From Fibrobacter succinogenes (GTDB lineage Bacteria > Fibrobacterota > Fibrobacteria > Fibrobacterales > Fibrobacteraceae): 64,000 bases of DNA. The position numbers were made by a program, and so were the translations under genes. The notes under the pieces were generated by a model that was given only the letters and a program-made list of their open reading frames with translations, did no database searches and had not been told where the DNA came from. Where the stretch lies: positions 95,012 through 159,011 of the forward strand of contig NZ_CACZDK010000011.1 in assembly GCF_902779965.1 (NCBI RefSeq). The letters are read 5' to 3'. Below, piece by piece: positions 47,333 through 56,474 of the stretch (its first letter is position 1; each line of letters opens with the position of its first letter).

Positions 47333-48748
47333 TTAGGCCTTCTTGCAGCCCTTCTTGCACGGAGCTTTCTTAGCCGGAGCCTTGGCACCCTTGCGCGGAT
47401 CGCCAGCATAGACAGCAGCCTTGCCGAGTTCTTCTTCGATGCGGAGCAAGCGGTTGTACTTGCAGACGCGGTCCGTACGAGAGAGGGAACCAGTCTTGAT
47501 CTGGCCAGCGGCAGTACCGACAGCGAGGTCAGCAATGAAGGTGTCTTCGGTTTCGCCAGAACGGTGAGAAACGATCGGAGCATAGCCTTCGACCTGAGCG
47601 CGCTTGATAGCAGCGAGGGTTTCAGAAACAGAACCGACCTGGTTCACCTTGATGAGGATAGCGTTAGCGATGCCAGCCTTGATGCCTTCGTCGAAGATGG
47701 TCGGGTTCGTAACGAACAGGTCGTCACCAACGAGGTTGATCTTGCCACCGAGCTTGTCGGTAAGAACCTTCCAACCTGCCCAGTCTGCTTCATCGAGACC
47801 GTCTTCGATGGAGAAGATGGAATACTTGTCAATGAGCTTTTCATAGAGCTTGACCATTTCAGCAGACTTGAGGGTCTTCTTGGTGCTCTTCTTGAACGTG
47901 TAAGTAACAGCCTTGGAGCCTTCCTTTTCAGTATCCTTGTCGCAGAATTCGGAAGAAGCAACGTCAAGAGCGATCTTGATGTCCTTGCCGAAAACGTAAC
48001 CAGCGTTTTCAGTAGCGGTCTTCAAAGCAGCGAGAGCCTTTTCGAGGGTCATCACGTCCTTGATTTCGTAACCGAACTTGTTCTTAGCCGGCTTGATAGC
48101 AACGCCCGGAGCAAAGCCACCTTCGTCACCGACGGTCGTATCGAAACCACCCTTCTTGAGGACAGCCTTAAGAGCGTGGAAGATTTCGGTCACCATCTGG
48201 AGACCCTTGGAGAAAGTCTTAGCGCCAACCGGAGCGATCATGAATTCCTGGAAGTCGATCGGAGCGGAAGAGTGAGCACCACCGTTGATCACGTTGCACA
48301 TCGGGCACGGGAGGGTGAGCTTTTCAGTGCCATGGAGCTTGGCGATGTACTGATAAAGCGGAAGGCCAGCGGACTTAGCAGCAGCAACGCAGACAGCCAT
48401 GGAAACGCCGAGGATAGCGTTTGCGCCGAGGGTGTTCTTGAGCATGCGGTTGCCATCGAGTTCGATCATAGCATCGTCAACTGCAGTCTGGTCAGCGGCA
48501 TCCATACCGATGATCTTCTTGGCAATCTTGGTGTTGACGTTCTTCACGGCAGTGAGCGTGCCCTTGCCGAGATAGGTCTTCTTGTCGCCGTCGCGGAGTT
48601 CGCAAGCTTCGCGTTCACCGGTGGAAGCGCCGCTCGGAACAGCAGCATGACCAACGGAACCGTCGTCAAGAGTGACATCAACTTCGAGAGACGGATTGCC
48701 ACGGGAATCCAGGATCTGACGAGCCCAAACTTTTTCGATTTTAGCCAT
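47333..48748 (-). CDS. eno: enolase with Lys/Cys-rich C-terminal extension
   Basis: 471 aa. [34 protein letters not shown] and other enolase blocks are present. It ends in an extra [19 protein letters not shown]. Confidence 0.95.
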   Translation of the reverse strand: MAKIEKVWARQILDSRGNPSLEVDVTLDDGSVGHAAVPSGASTGEREACELRDGDKKTYLGKGTLTAVKNVNTKIAKKIIGMDAADQTAVDDAMIELDGNRMLKNTLGANAILGVSMAVCVAAAKSAGLPLYQYIAKLHGTEKLTLPCPMCNVINGGAHSSAPIDFQEFMIAPVGAKTFSKGLQMVTEIFHALKAVLKKGGFDTTVGDEGGFAPGVAIKPAKNKFGYEIKDVMTLEKALAALKTATENAGYVFGKDIKIALDVASSEFCDKDTEKEGSKAVTYTFKKSTKKTLKSAEMVKLYEKLIDKYSIFSIEDGLDEADWAGWKVLTDKLGGKINLVGDDLFVTNPTIFDEGIKAGIANAILIKVNQVGSVSETLAAIKRAQVEGYAPIVSHRSGETEDTFIADLAVGTAAGQIKTGSLSRTDRVCKYNRLLRIEEELGKAAVYAGDPRKGAKAPAKKAPCKKGCKKA

Positions 48749-48805
48749 TTTATTTAACCTTCTGTTAAAGTGAAAATTTTTGTGTTTTAAATATAAAAAA
48801 GTGGT

Positions 48806-48856
48806 TAGTGATTAGTGGTTAGTGATTAGAAAAAAATGTGAAGATTTAGTTATTAG
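48806..48856 (+). repeat. heptad stop-codon array (GGTTAGTGATTAG x2 plus two further TAGs)
   Basis: TAG occurs at 48806, 48813, 48820 and 48827, then at 48847 and 48854. Confidence 0.85.
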
Positions 48857-48874
48857 AGGTTTGTTGATGTTTCC

Positions 48875-48899
48875 CATCATCCTGAGCCATGCAAAGGAT
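48875..48899 (+). repeat. GTCAT-arm-GAGC..arm' hairpin repeat (arms ATCCT/AGGAT)
   Basis: The sequence is catcATCCTgagccatgcaaAGGAT. It abuts the stop codon at 48900. Confidence 0.7.
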
Positions 48900-49667
48900 T
48901 TACTTGGACGATCCAAACAAGCCCAGCTGTACAAAAGCTCCAAAACGGAAATGGCGATTTGTAATTCTTACATGACCGCCCAAATCAATATAATATCCAC
49001 CTTCCTTATAACTACCGGAATAAACGATCCTAACACCAGCAGCCTGAGACCAGCCTAGTTCCCAGCCTTCGGAATAAACTAAATTACTAATCCCATAATC
49101 AACAAAATGATGTGATTCAAAGAGCCCAATTCTAGATTTTTCAGACAGAGCCCAATAAGTATTGCCAATCAATATGTATTCAACCCATTCCGAAATCCTA
49201 TCACGTTTTTCTCTGTTAATAGTGGGATCATTGGGACTTCCAGAAACCAACATAGATAAAATAAACGCCCACAAAAATTCATCAGATATTCTGACTCCAT
49301 CCGACCGAATATCTACATCTACAGATAAAGCTGTCATGCCAGCACCTACGCCATCTTTTCCCCAAAGACGTCTATTATTTCTTATTCCAAAAAACGGAAT
49401 TTGAATTACTGATGGAGCATGATAAGCGATTTCCATAAAAAAACCGCTCGGAAAATATTCATACTTAGCATCCGATGTTTTTTCAATCCCAGCATCAATA
49501 TGTTCGACTTTATTCGTATCAACAACGCCGTTCGTATCAACATCCAGCGCAAGCGAAATTTTCGAAAGAGAATCTGCATCCAACGAGTCCTGCAAATCCT
49601 GCGCAGACGGTTGTGCAATAGCACATACCGCAAGCATCAAAATGCAGAATAACACATTTGATCTCAT
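48900..49667 (-). CDS. secreted protein, unknown function (AT-rich gene)
   Basis: The ATG at 49667 gives MRSNVLFCILMLAVCAIAQP (signal peptide). Its composition is lower in G+C than both neighbours. Confidence 0.55.
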   Translation of the reverse strand: MRSNVLFCILMLAVCAIAQPSAQDLQDSLDADSLSKISLALDVDTNGVVDTNKVEHIDAGIEKTSDAKYEYFPSGFFMEIAYHAPSVIQIPFFGIRNNRRLWGKDGVGAGMTALSVDVDIRSDGVRISDEFLWAFILSMLVSGSPNDPTINREKRDRISEWVEYILIGNTYWALSEKSRIGLFESHHFVDYGISNLVYSEGWELGWSQAAGVRIVYSGSYKEGGYYIDLGGHVRITNRHFRFGAFVQLGLFGSSK

Positions 49668-49725
49668 TAAAGAACTCTCAAAGTTCGTTTTTCGAAACAC
49701 TCTTTTTGAATATACAAAAATATTT

Positions 49726-51045
49726 TTATTTCTCTACAACATGCCCCGAGAGTTCTCGGAAATCGCCTATTTTATACAAGGTAATTCCAGGCGAAACCAA
49801 GTGAAATACAGACTGTTCTGCAAGCGTTTCCACGTTGAACTCGAAAGAATCCAGGCGGTTGCGGTAGCTGTCCGTAGAATTGTCGAACGAAACCATGTAA
49901 GGCGGGTGCAAAATCTTGCCCTGGTTCGCAAGCGAAATAAGCTCGACTCCGACCCTGTCGTTAGAAACAACCCACGCATCCACAGGCGGGATTTTTTTCA
50001 CGAGCGTCATTAAAATTTGTCTATAGCGTGCGTGTGCACGCGGTTCCTGCATAAAGTCATAAGGGCTCGCATGCGATGCATCGGTCGCTTCGAGCACCTC
50101 AAGCCCCACATTCTTAAGACCTTTCAAGCGATCCCTCGACCACATGCTCATGTGGTAAGGCGAAACAAAGGCAATTCGCGTCATGCCTTTTTTCTTCAAA
50201 AAGCGCCCGACAATGCGCCCCGGAAATTCACCAAAAGCGAGATTAAAAAATGCAAATCGCTTTTCTTTTTTCAGCGCACGCGGAATGTCGTACAGCGGAT
50301 GTTCCCACCACACAGCCACAGGGAAACGCGTCGTTGCAAGCTTTGCAAATAACTTATTGATATTGAACACGAGCATCGTCGAGACAGCAGCACCAAAGCA
50401 GCCTCGGCAATCCTCCAACTTGATGCGGTTACCACTAGCGTCTAGGAATGCGCCTTCATCCTCGAAATAGCCTAGCGCCTTGACGCTTAAGTTATTGCGA
50501 TGTGCCTCCACATACACTTTTCGCATAAACGAAAGTTCGCGTTCACCAAGGCAATTAAAATCCCCGTTAGGGTTACAGCGCATAATTAGGAGAATTTCTT
50601 TTGTCTTAGAAACCGCCAACCGGGCATCGACAAAATAATAACGACCTTGCCCCTTGCGTTCCAAAGTTCCCTTTGCATGCAATGATTCCAGTGTACGCCG
50701 CATGGTTCCTAATGTCGTCGCATAAGACTGACACATGTCCTTGATTGACGGGAGCGGGCGATTAACCGAAATCTTTCCCGACTTCCAGTCCTCCAGCAGC
50801 AATCGCTCTACGCGTTCCGTTTCACACTCGTGCGCGGATACCTCGATTTTAGGTTTCGCCCCCCAAAAGTAGCCGTTGCCGTGTTCTGCATAAATCTTCC
50901 CCTGAAAGGCCAGTTTCTTGTATGCACGGAAAACGGTGAACGTCGAAGCCCCCGAAGACGCAGCCACCTCGCGCACAGACGGGAGCCGCTCCCCATCCTT
51001 GAAATTAGACGATTCAATCCACTTGCAAAAATCTTCGATTGTCAT
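49726..51045 (-). CDS. transcriptional regulator: two GntR-type wHTH units plus LacI/PBP-type ligand-binding domain
   Basis: The ATG at 51045 is preceded by GAGG. The two wHTH units are LPSVREVAASSGASTFTVFRAYKKL and LPSIKDMCQSYATTLGTMRRTLESL. The C-terminal region of about 280 aa is sugar-binding-like. Confidence 0.65.
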   Translation of the reverse strand: MTIEDFCKWIESSNFKDGERLPSVREVAASSGASTFTVFRAYKKLAFQGKIYAEHGNGYFWGAKPKIEVSAHECETERVERLLLEDWKSGKISVNRPLPSIKDMCQSYATTLGTMRRTLESLHAKGTLERKGQGRYYFVDARLAVSKTKEILLIMRCNPNGDFNCLGERELSFMRKVYVEAHRNNLSVKALGYFEDEGAFLDASGNRIKLEDCRGCFGAAVSTMLVFNINKLFAKLATTRFPVAVWWEHPLYDIPRALKKEKRFAFFNLAFGEFPGRIVGRFLKKKGMTRIAFVSPYHMSMWSRDRLKGLKNVGLEVLEATDASHASPYDFMQEPRAHARYRQILMTLVKKIPPVDAWVVSNDRVGVELISLANQGKILHPPYMVSFDNSTDSYRNRLDSFEFNVETLAEQSVFHLVSPGITLYKIGDFRELSGHVVEK

Positions 51046-51133
51046 GGTGAGCCTCAAAAGAACAGTAGATACAGTTTAGAAGAAATATAGGATTTATAAG
51101 AATCACCAAAAGGAAGATGAGGAAGAAAAAAAA

Positions 51134-52492
51134 CTACAAGTACATAGCCATATAGGCAGGAATGTAGGTGATTCCGTTCTGTATTTTCAGGTTTCCTGGA
51201 TGTACTACGACACTATGGTCAATTCGCCCAGAGAATTTTTCGATAAACTTTTCTAAAGAAGTTGTCGTATAATTCCGGCTGGACTTGACTTCGATGGGAA
51301 TTATCTTTCGGCGAAGTTTGTTTCCTGTTCCTATCAAAAAGTCAATCTCAATGTCATTGCGCTTCTTTTCTGCGTTGTAATGATTGTAATAGTAAAGTTT
51401 ATGTCCATTGCACGACAGCATTTGAGCCACAACATTCTCGAAAAACATTCCCTCATTTAAAGAAAGTTTTCCCTGTAGAATTTTTAGATAAAGATCTTCA
51501 TCGGCAAGCTGATTTTCATCAAACGTATGGCTAATCAAAAGTCCCGTATCGCCCATATAGCACTTGATATATGCCCTTTTCTCGTTTAACGAAAGTCCTA
51601 TGTTTGGGTCTGTCGTATTGAAGCACTCGTTGGCAATCATCGAATCCGCGAGCCAAAAGAACGTGTCTTCATAAGATTCACCCACGCTACCTTCAACACC
51701 CCTTAGACGGACCCGTTTTTCATGTTGCGAAAGGAACGACGGAATCTGGTCGAAAATGGACTGTACCTTTGAACGGTATTCGCGACCTATTTTTGCAATG
51801 TCGTTTCTGTAGGTCTCAAGGATTTTTCTTTTCTCAACATCGGCAGCAGAAAAATTTCTGTCATTTTGTATAAACTGCGCAACAGCTTTTGGCATTCCGC
51901 CCACAAGCATGTACTGGCGGAACAAAAGCGTCGCTTTCTTGTGTAGATTATTCTCTAACGGAATCTTGGAATCGAAACATTTTTTTGAATAGTCAATAAG
52001 CGGAGCTTCACCCAAAGCAAGGCAAAATTCCTCAAAATCCATAGGGAACATCTTTACGGAATGCTCTTCCGACGGGAGATTGATGTCTTTCACGTTTTCC
52101 TTGATTGAAATCAGTGACCCCGTTTCAATGATATCGTAACGCCCGTCCTTGACCAAATACTTGACCGCTTCCCTTGCTTTGGGGAACTTTTGAATCTCGT
52201 CAAAGATGACAAGCGATTTTCGGCGATGCAAAGTCTTATGGTAAACAGACGAAAGGAGCATCCAAAATGTATCCAAATCGTTCAGATGGTTCTGGAAGGC
52301 CTCCTTGACGGTAGCGCTGGCAATCGTAAAATCTACCAGAAGGTAGCTCTCGTATTCATTTTTCCCAAATTCTTCGACGATAGTGGATTTGCCGATGCGT
52401 CTAGCCCCCTCTATCAAAAGAGCTGTATCGCCATTGGATTTAGCCTTCCAGTCTAAGAGTTTCTTGTAGATTTTTCGCTTAAATGGCTTCAT
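51134..52492 (-). CDS. AAA-family ATPase with DUF4143-like C-terminal domain
   Basis: The ATG at 52492 gives MKPFKRKIYKKLLDW. Walker A is GARRIGKST and Walker B is LVIFDEIQ. The C-terminal ..EIDFLI..IPIEVKSS is a PD-(D/E)xK-like end typical of AAA_14/DUF4143 proteins. Confidence 0.75.
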   Translation of the reverse strand: MKPFKRKIYKKLLDWKAKSNGDTALLIEGARRIGKSTIVEEFGKNEYESYLLVDFTIASATVKEAFQNHLNDLDTFWMLLSSVYHKTLHRRKSLVIFDEIQKFPKAREAVKYLVKDGRYDIIETGSLISIKENVKDINLPSEEHSVKMFPMDFEEFCLALGEAPLIDYSKKCFDSKIPLENNLHKKATLLFRQYMLVGGMPKAVAQFIQNDRNFSAADVEKRKILETYRNDIAKIGREYRSKVQSIFDQIPSFLSQHEKRVRLRGVEGSVGESYEDTFFWLADSMIANECFNTTDPNIGLSLNEKRAYIKCYMGDTGLLISHTFDENQLADEDLYLKILQGKLSLNEGMFFENVVAQMLSCNGHKLYYYNHYNAEKKRNDIEIDFLIGTGNKLRRKIIPIEVKSSRNYTTTSLEKFIEKFSGRIDHSVVVHPGNLKIQNGITYIPAYMAMYL

Positions 52493-52614
52493 TTTTCCAG
52501 CCTTTTTTACAATACGCAACATTAAATATACACAAAAATCAAACAAAACGCAATGTTAAAAACGATAAAATTCGAATAAAACGCAGGGTTAGAACAAAAA
52601 AAAGCGCATCAAGA

Positions 52615-53862
52615 CTAAATTTTTTCCAGTTCGTCTCTCATAGCGGGGCGATTCTTGAACCGCGACAGCCAAGATATTTTCAGCCGGTTGACTTCCGGGA
52701 GGCCGCCTTCGTACTTGAGCAGTTCGCCCGCTTCGCGGACAACATTCCTGTATTCCTTACGGTTGCTGGCACGCACCATTGCGCCATCCAGATATTCCAT
52801 GAACATCTTGACAAATTCTGCATTGTACTTGGGGCACAACGCCTTGCCGTAACGCTTGAAATAAAAAAAGCTCGGCCCAATCGAAAACACCCTGCAAAAA
52901 GACGCATAGAGTTCATCCGTCATGTTTTCGTACGCAAGGACATCCATCCGAAAGTCCCATTTGGTAATCGAATTCAATAATTCAACCAGAGCGCCTTTCC
53001 ACCGTTGCTTAGGGACAAAGTCCTTGTATTCCTTGTAAAAATCCATTCTGGATTGCGCAACAACCATCGTTTTCAGCATGTCGCCGAACTTTTCTGTCTG
53101 GCCTGTCGCACGGTACATTTCTTTCAACTTGGCATGGACCTTTTCTGCAAGCCCCGGCCAGTTTTTATGCGTGTCCAGCAAGTTCGTTAGGCATTTCTCG
53201 GCTTCTTCGAATTTCGATTCTTCCACCAAAATATCGAACAGCAAAAAGGCGGAATCCGTAAACGTCGCATAGTCGGCAAGATACTTCTTGACTTCGGAAT
53301 TGTCCATTTTCAGCTTACGCATTACGGTAGCGCGTGAACAAGCCCAGCCCCCTATACGGTACGAGCGGATACTGTCACTCTGTTTTTCACATTCGATAAT
53401 CTTGTCGAAAAACTTGAGTTTCGCCTTCAGGTCGGCCACACTGTTGAACGCCTCGTTGTACACATCCCACAGTTCGCCTTCCACAAGCCACATTTCCGTT
53501 TTCAGGATGTTGTTCTCTATCCACTTGCGGCATTCCGTAATGACATCGGCCGACGCCGTATTCAAAAAACTCATCCAAAGACTCTTGAATTCCGGCAGGA
53601 GAATTGACATTTCGCCGTTCGAGTCGTCAATGTTCAGGTTCCCGAGCTTTTTCGTGAAATGGACCAGGACCTTCTTGGCGCCGTCATTGTTTACAAACAG
53701 GCGAAGCCTTTCAATTCGCTCGAAAAGATTCAGCATGTCATTCGTGAAATAGCGCGCGTCGCGGTAAGCGATAAGCCCACCGTCGCGATACCTGCGGACG
53801 ATGCTGTCGAACTGGGCGGTGAGATCTTCAAGTTTTAGTGGTTGCATGGTTCGGGTTTCCAT
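52615..53862 (-). CDS. helical-repeat hypothetical protein
   Basis: 415-aa ORF predicted to be all-helical. The C-terminal ..NRKEYRNVVREAGELLKY..WLSRFKNRPAMRDEL resembles the tail region seen in SWIM-associated proteins, but no SWIM finger is present. Confidence 0.5.
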   Translation of the reverse strand: METRTMQPLKLEDLTAQFDSIVRRYRDGGLIAYRDARYFTNDMLNLFERIERLRLFVNNDGAKKVLVHFTKKLGNLNIDDSNGEMSILLPEFKSLWMSFLNTASADVITECRKWIENNILKTEMWLVEGELWDVYNEAFNSVADLKAKLKFFDKIIECEKQSDSIRSYRIGGWACSRATVMRKLKMDNSEVKKYLADYATFTDSAFLLFDILVEESKFEEAEKCLTNLLDTHKNWPGLAEKVHAKLKEMYRATGQTEKFGDMLKTMVVAQSRMDFYKEYKDFVPKQRWKGALVELLNSITKWDFRMDVLAYENMTDELYASFCRVFSIGPSFFYFKRYGKALCPKYNAEFVKMFMEYLDGAMVRASNRKEYRNVVREAGELLKYEGGLPEVNRLKISWLSRFKNRPAMRDELEKI

Positions 53863-53879
53863 GGCTCTTTAGACAATTC

Positions 53880-53896
53880 TTCCGCAACTTGCGGAA
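53880..53896. promoter_or_regulatory. 17-bp palindrome TTCCGCAA-C-TTGCGGAA
   Basis: Read directly, 18 nt upstream of the ATG at 53862. No T-tract follows it on the minus strand, so an operator or 5' UTR stem is likelier than a terminator. Confidence 0.35.
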
Positions 53897-53990
53897 AATT
53901 TTTGCGGATACAATTACGCTTCTGATTCACCGATTAGAAAATCTCCCTTGATTAATACGAGAAATTCTTGTGGGTTCATGATTGCACAAT

Positions 53991-55460
53991 CTACTTAGCA
54001 CGGCGCAATACGTATTTTCCCTTGCCTGCGCCCACAACAGGTTCCACTATATTTAGCGTTTTCATCCGCTTTATAAGATTGGTCGCAGTAGCCGGAGCAC
54101 ACTTTAAGATATCCACAATATCGCCAGCACCAAAAACTTGATTTATTTGGATTTCGTTCACAAGTTGCAATATTTTATCCCTTACCGAGGCATTCAACTT
54201 AGCATCTAAGATCTCAGACTTGAGCCGAGCAATCCCTAAGTTTTCACCATCAATCCCTAAGTTTTTGTCACCAATCCCTAAGTTTTTCGACCCAAATCCC
54301 GAATTTTTAACGATAGCCTTCAAAATGAAAGCATCCTGCCGATATTCTGGTTTCGGCAATCCCTGCGCTTCCATTTCCCGACACATGCGATCAACACCTT
54401 CCCCAAAATCCTTCACATACTTGTAGTCCTTCAGGTATTCCGCAATATGCGAATTACGGGCAAAATGAGCGTTTCTGATCGCTTCTATCTTCACTTGGCT
54501 CGGAAGGTTCCCCGGAGACTCGACAACAAGATGGTCATCGAACATTTTTATCTGGATTTCCGTCCCCCGAATGGAATAATCTCTATGGGTCACAGCATTG
54601 ACAACAAGTTCAGTACGGACAAATTCAGGATACTCCTGCTCCGTCGTGAAGATTCCTCCCTTAGTCAGATAAGTCCGTTCCTTAATCTGCGTCTGGATAT
54701 AGGCGACAGCCTTCTGAACCTGTTCAAGAATCCGCCCCTCAAATGTTACGTCCTTAACAACATTCATTTCCGCACCGAATTTTTCCTCGATTCCCTCATA
54801 ACGAATGAAACGCACTCTTGCACGCGGGAAGAATAACTGCGGATTTTTGCCAAAAAGAAGTATTGCGGCAACACTCAAATGAACAACGCCCTCTTTTACT
54901 TTAGCAAAGTTATTATTATGCAACAAATACTCATGCGGAGACTTAGAATAGCCAATTAACTTCAAATATTCTTTGAGATAAGCCTCATCGACATCATCAT
55001 AACCGGATTCCGGAACAAGAACATCTTCAAACGAACGCAAGTCCTTGTCGAAACTGAGAGTCATACGGTCATCGTAAGACAAAATCTTAGACTTGTCGCC
55101 AATTCGCAAATAAGCATCATGGGCCTGATTTTCGTGAACAAACGGACTTGCATCAATATGGAATACCAACACATGGTTCGCGCGCCCCTTATAATCAACA
55201 CACTCAACAAATTCGTGAGCGAAAGGGACTGTCGGCATACAGAAATCCATCGGGACTCGCAGCAGCTCATTTACTTCGCGTTTGTGATGATCGACCCCAT
55301 CTATTCTACGAGTCTTGTCTGAAAACCCTACAACGATAATCCCGCCATCAGCATTGGCGAACGCACAGACATGGTTCGAAAAATCGCGCGGAGCAATATT
55401 AACGCTCTTGCGGTCAAAAGTCTGAGATTCTTCCATTGCAAGGATTTCTTCTATACGCAT
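53991..55460 (-). CDS. AlbA_2 (Schlafen-like divergent AAA) / HATPase_c_4 / wHTH protein
   Basis: 489 aa. The N-terminus ESQTFDRKS..VCAFANADGGIIVVG is the classic AlbA_2 motif. NAVTHRDY is in the middle, and a wHTH-like end follows. It contains a 21-bp tandem repeat. Confidence 0.75.
   Translation of the reverse strand: MRIEEILAMEESQTFDRKSVNIAPRDFSNHVCAFANADGGIIVVGFSDKTRRIDGVDHHKREVNELLRVPMDFCMPTVPFAHEFVECVDYKGRANHVLVFHIDASPFVHENQAHDAYLRIGDKSKILSYDDRMTLSFDKDLRSFEDVLVPESGYDDVDEAYLKEYLKLIGYSKSPHEYLLHNNNFAKVKEGVVHLSVAAILLFGKNPQLFFPRARVRFIRYEGIEEKFGAEMNVVKDVTFEGRILEQVQKAVAYIQTQIKERTYLTKGGIFTTEQEYPEFVRTELVVNAVTHRDYSIRGTEIQIKMFDDHLVVESPGNLPSQVKIEAIRNAHFARNSHIAEYLKDYKYVKDFGEGVDRMCREMEAQGLPKPEYRQDAFILKAIVKNSGFGSKNLGIGDKNLGIDGENLGIARLKSEILDAKLNASVRDKILQLVNEIQINQVFGAGDIVDILKCAPATATNLIKRMKTLNIVEPVVGAGKGKYVLRRAK
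54230..54313. repeat. in-frame 21-bp tandem repeat (three good copies plus one degenerate)
   Basis: The copies are caatccctaagttttcaccat, caatccctaagtttttgtcac, caatccctaagtttttcgacc and caaatcccgaatttttaacga. On the coding strand they encode KNLGI heptapeptides. Confidence 0.85.
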
Positions 55461-55523
55461 ATTTTTCCTCTAGGAGCTAAAATAGATTATTGGGGCGGTG
55501 AGTGCAATAGGCCCGATTTTTCC

Positions 55524-56464
55524 TCACTTCCCAAGGCTTTTCAGCATCTTCCTGTCTTTATTCTTCCAGAAAGTGAGGCCGTTTCTAGCACCTCCGGCAA
55601 CAAACGCTGCCGCCATTGACGGGACTACGGGGTGACCCAGCCGTTCGTCGTTGTGCGCGACGGGCTGATTTGCTGAATGCAACGCAAGGCAGAAACGCTG
55701 GCCGAAGAAACGATTCCGTCCACCTCGATTCCATCGGAACAGATTTTTCCTTCGAAATACGTCTTGAGTTTGCCCTTCGGGCCGTAATCGAAATGCACGG
55801 CATCGCCCACGTTCAAAAGCCCTGCCTTCACAATCTCGTACAAAGCGTTGCTCTTGTCTGTTGTCTTCAAGGATTCCTTTTCCTGAGTCAATTCCAAATC
55901 CGGAAAGTCGTAAAGCACCTCACCCTTGCCGTTCATGTATTTCTCGATATGCTGAATCTGCACATCGACCTTCTGCATCGATGCCCATTCCTCAAGGTCG
56001 CTCGGGGAATAGTCTATCGGCAAAGAGACAATCGGGTCCTTTTCCAGAATCTTCTGAACAAAACCGTGCACATGGATTTGCTGAATTTTCAGGTCGGATT
56101 CAAGAAGCTTCGAGAACTCCTTCTGCTTTCCGATTTCGGCAATGCAAAGTTCCGTAATCTTGTTCTTCGTCTCGCGATTCATCACCGCGACAAGCTGCTT
56201 GCTGATTTGCGGAGCGATATGCCCCCACGTTTCGTGGTCGCCGCGTTCCACCTCCAGGATGAACTATCGGTTCCCCTTGAAATCCACGATGATGCCATCG
56301 GGAACAGTCCCCTTGCCGCCAGAAGTCCGAATTAAACTTTTTGGTAGCAAGATGGAATAGTCACCGAAGAGAAGCTTGAAGTTGCGGACGACAACCTTCT
56401 CGACCTCTTCTTCGGTCTTGAATTGAACCTTGGAATAAAATGTACCTGTGGGAGTGAAGAGCAT
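55524..56464 (-). pseudogene. disrupted PD-(D/E)xK nuclease with RAMA/DUF4357-like C-terminal domain
   Basis: Track ORFs 56264..56464 and 55625..56251 are one reading frame split by an in-frame TAG at 56264..56266 (..PDGIIVDFKGNR*FILEVERGDHE..). The expected C-terminal NGW-x-FWK signature is split again: NGW ends at 55637 and TFWKNKDRKMLKSLGK* continues in another frame at 55524..55574. Confidence 0.7.
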
Positions 56465-56474
56465 GGGAAGAGTC

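Noticed and set aside
47230-47583. 117-aa minus-strand ORF overlapping the eno 3' end and the tandem repeats.
   Set aside because: It is out of frame with enolase and runs through the 81/83-bp repeat units. Its Ser/Arg/Ala-rich composition is typical of an alternative frame of a G+C-rich gene.
56264-56266. In-frame TAG as programmed recoding (pyrrolysine or read-through) rather than a lesion.
   Set aside because: TAG is used as the ordinary stop by neighbouring genes (62076, 56475, 28739). No pyl genes or recoding signals are visible, and the same gene has a second frame-breaking lesion.
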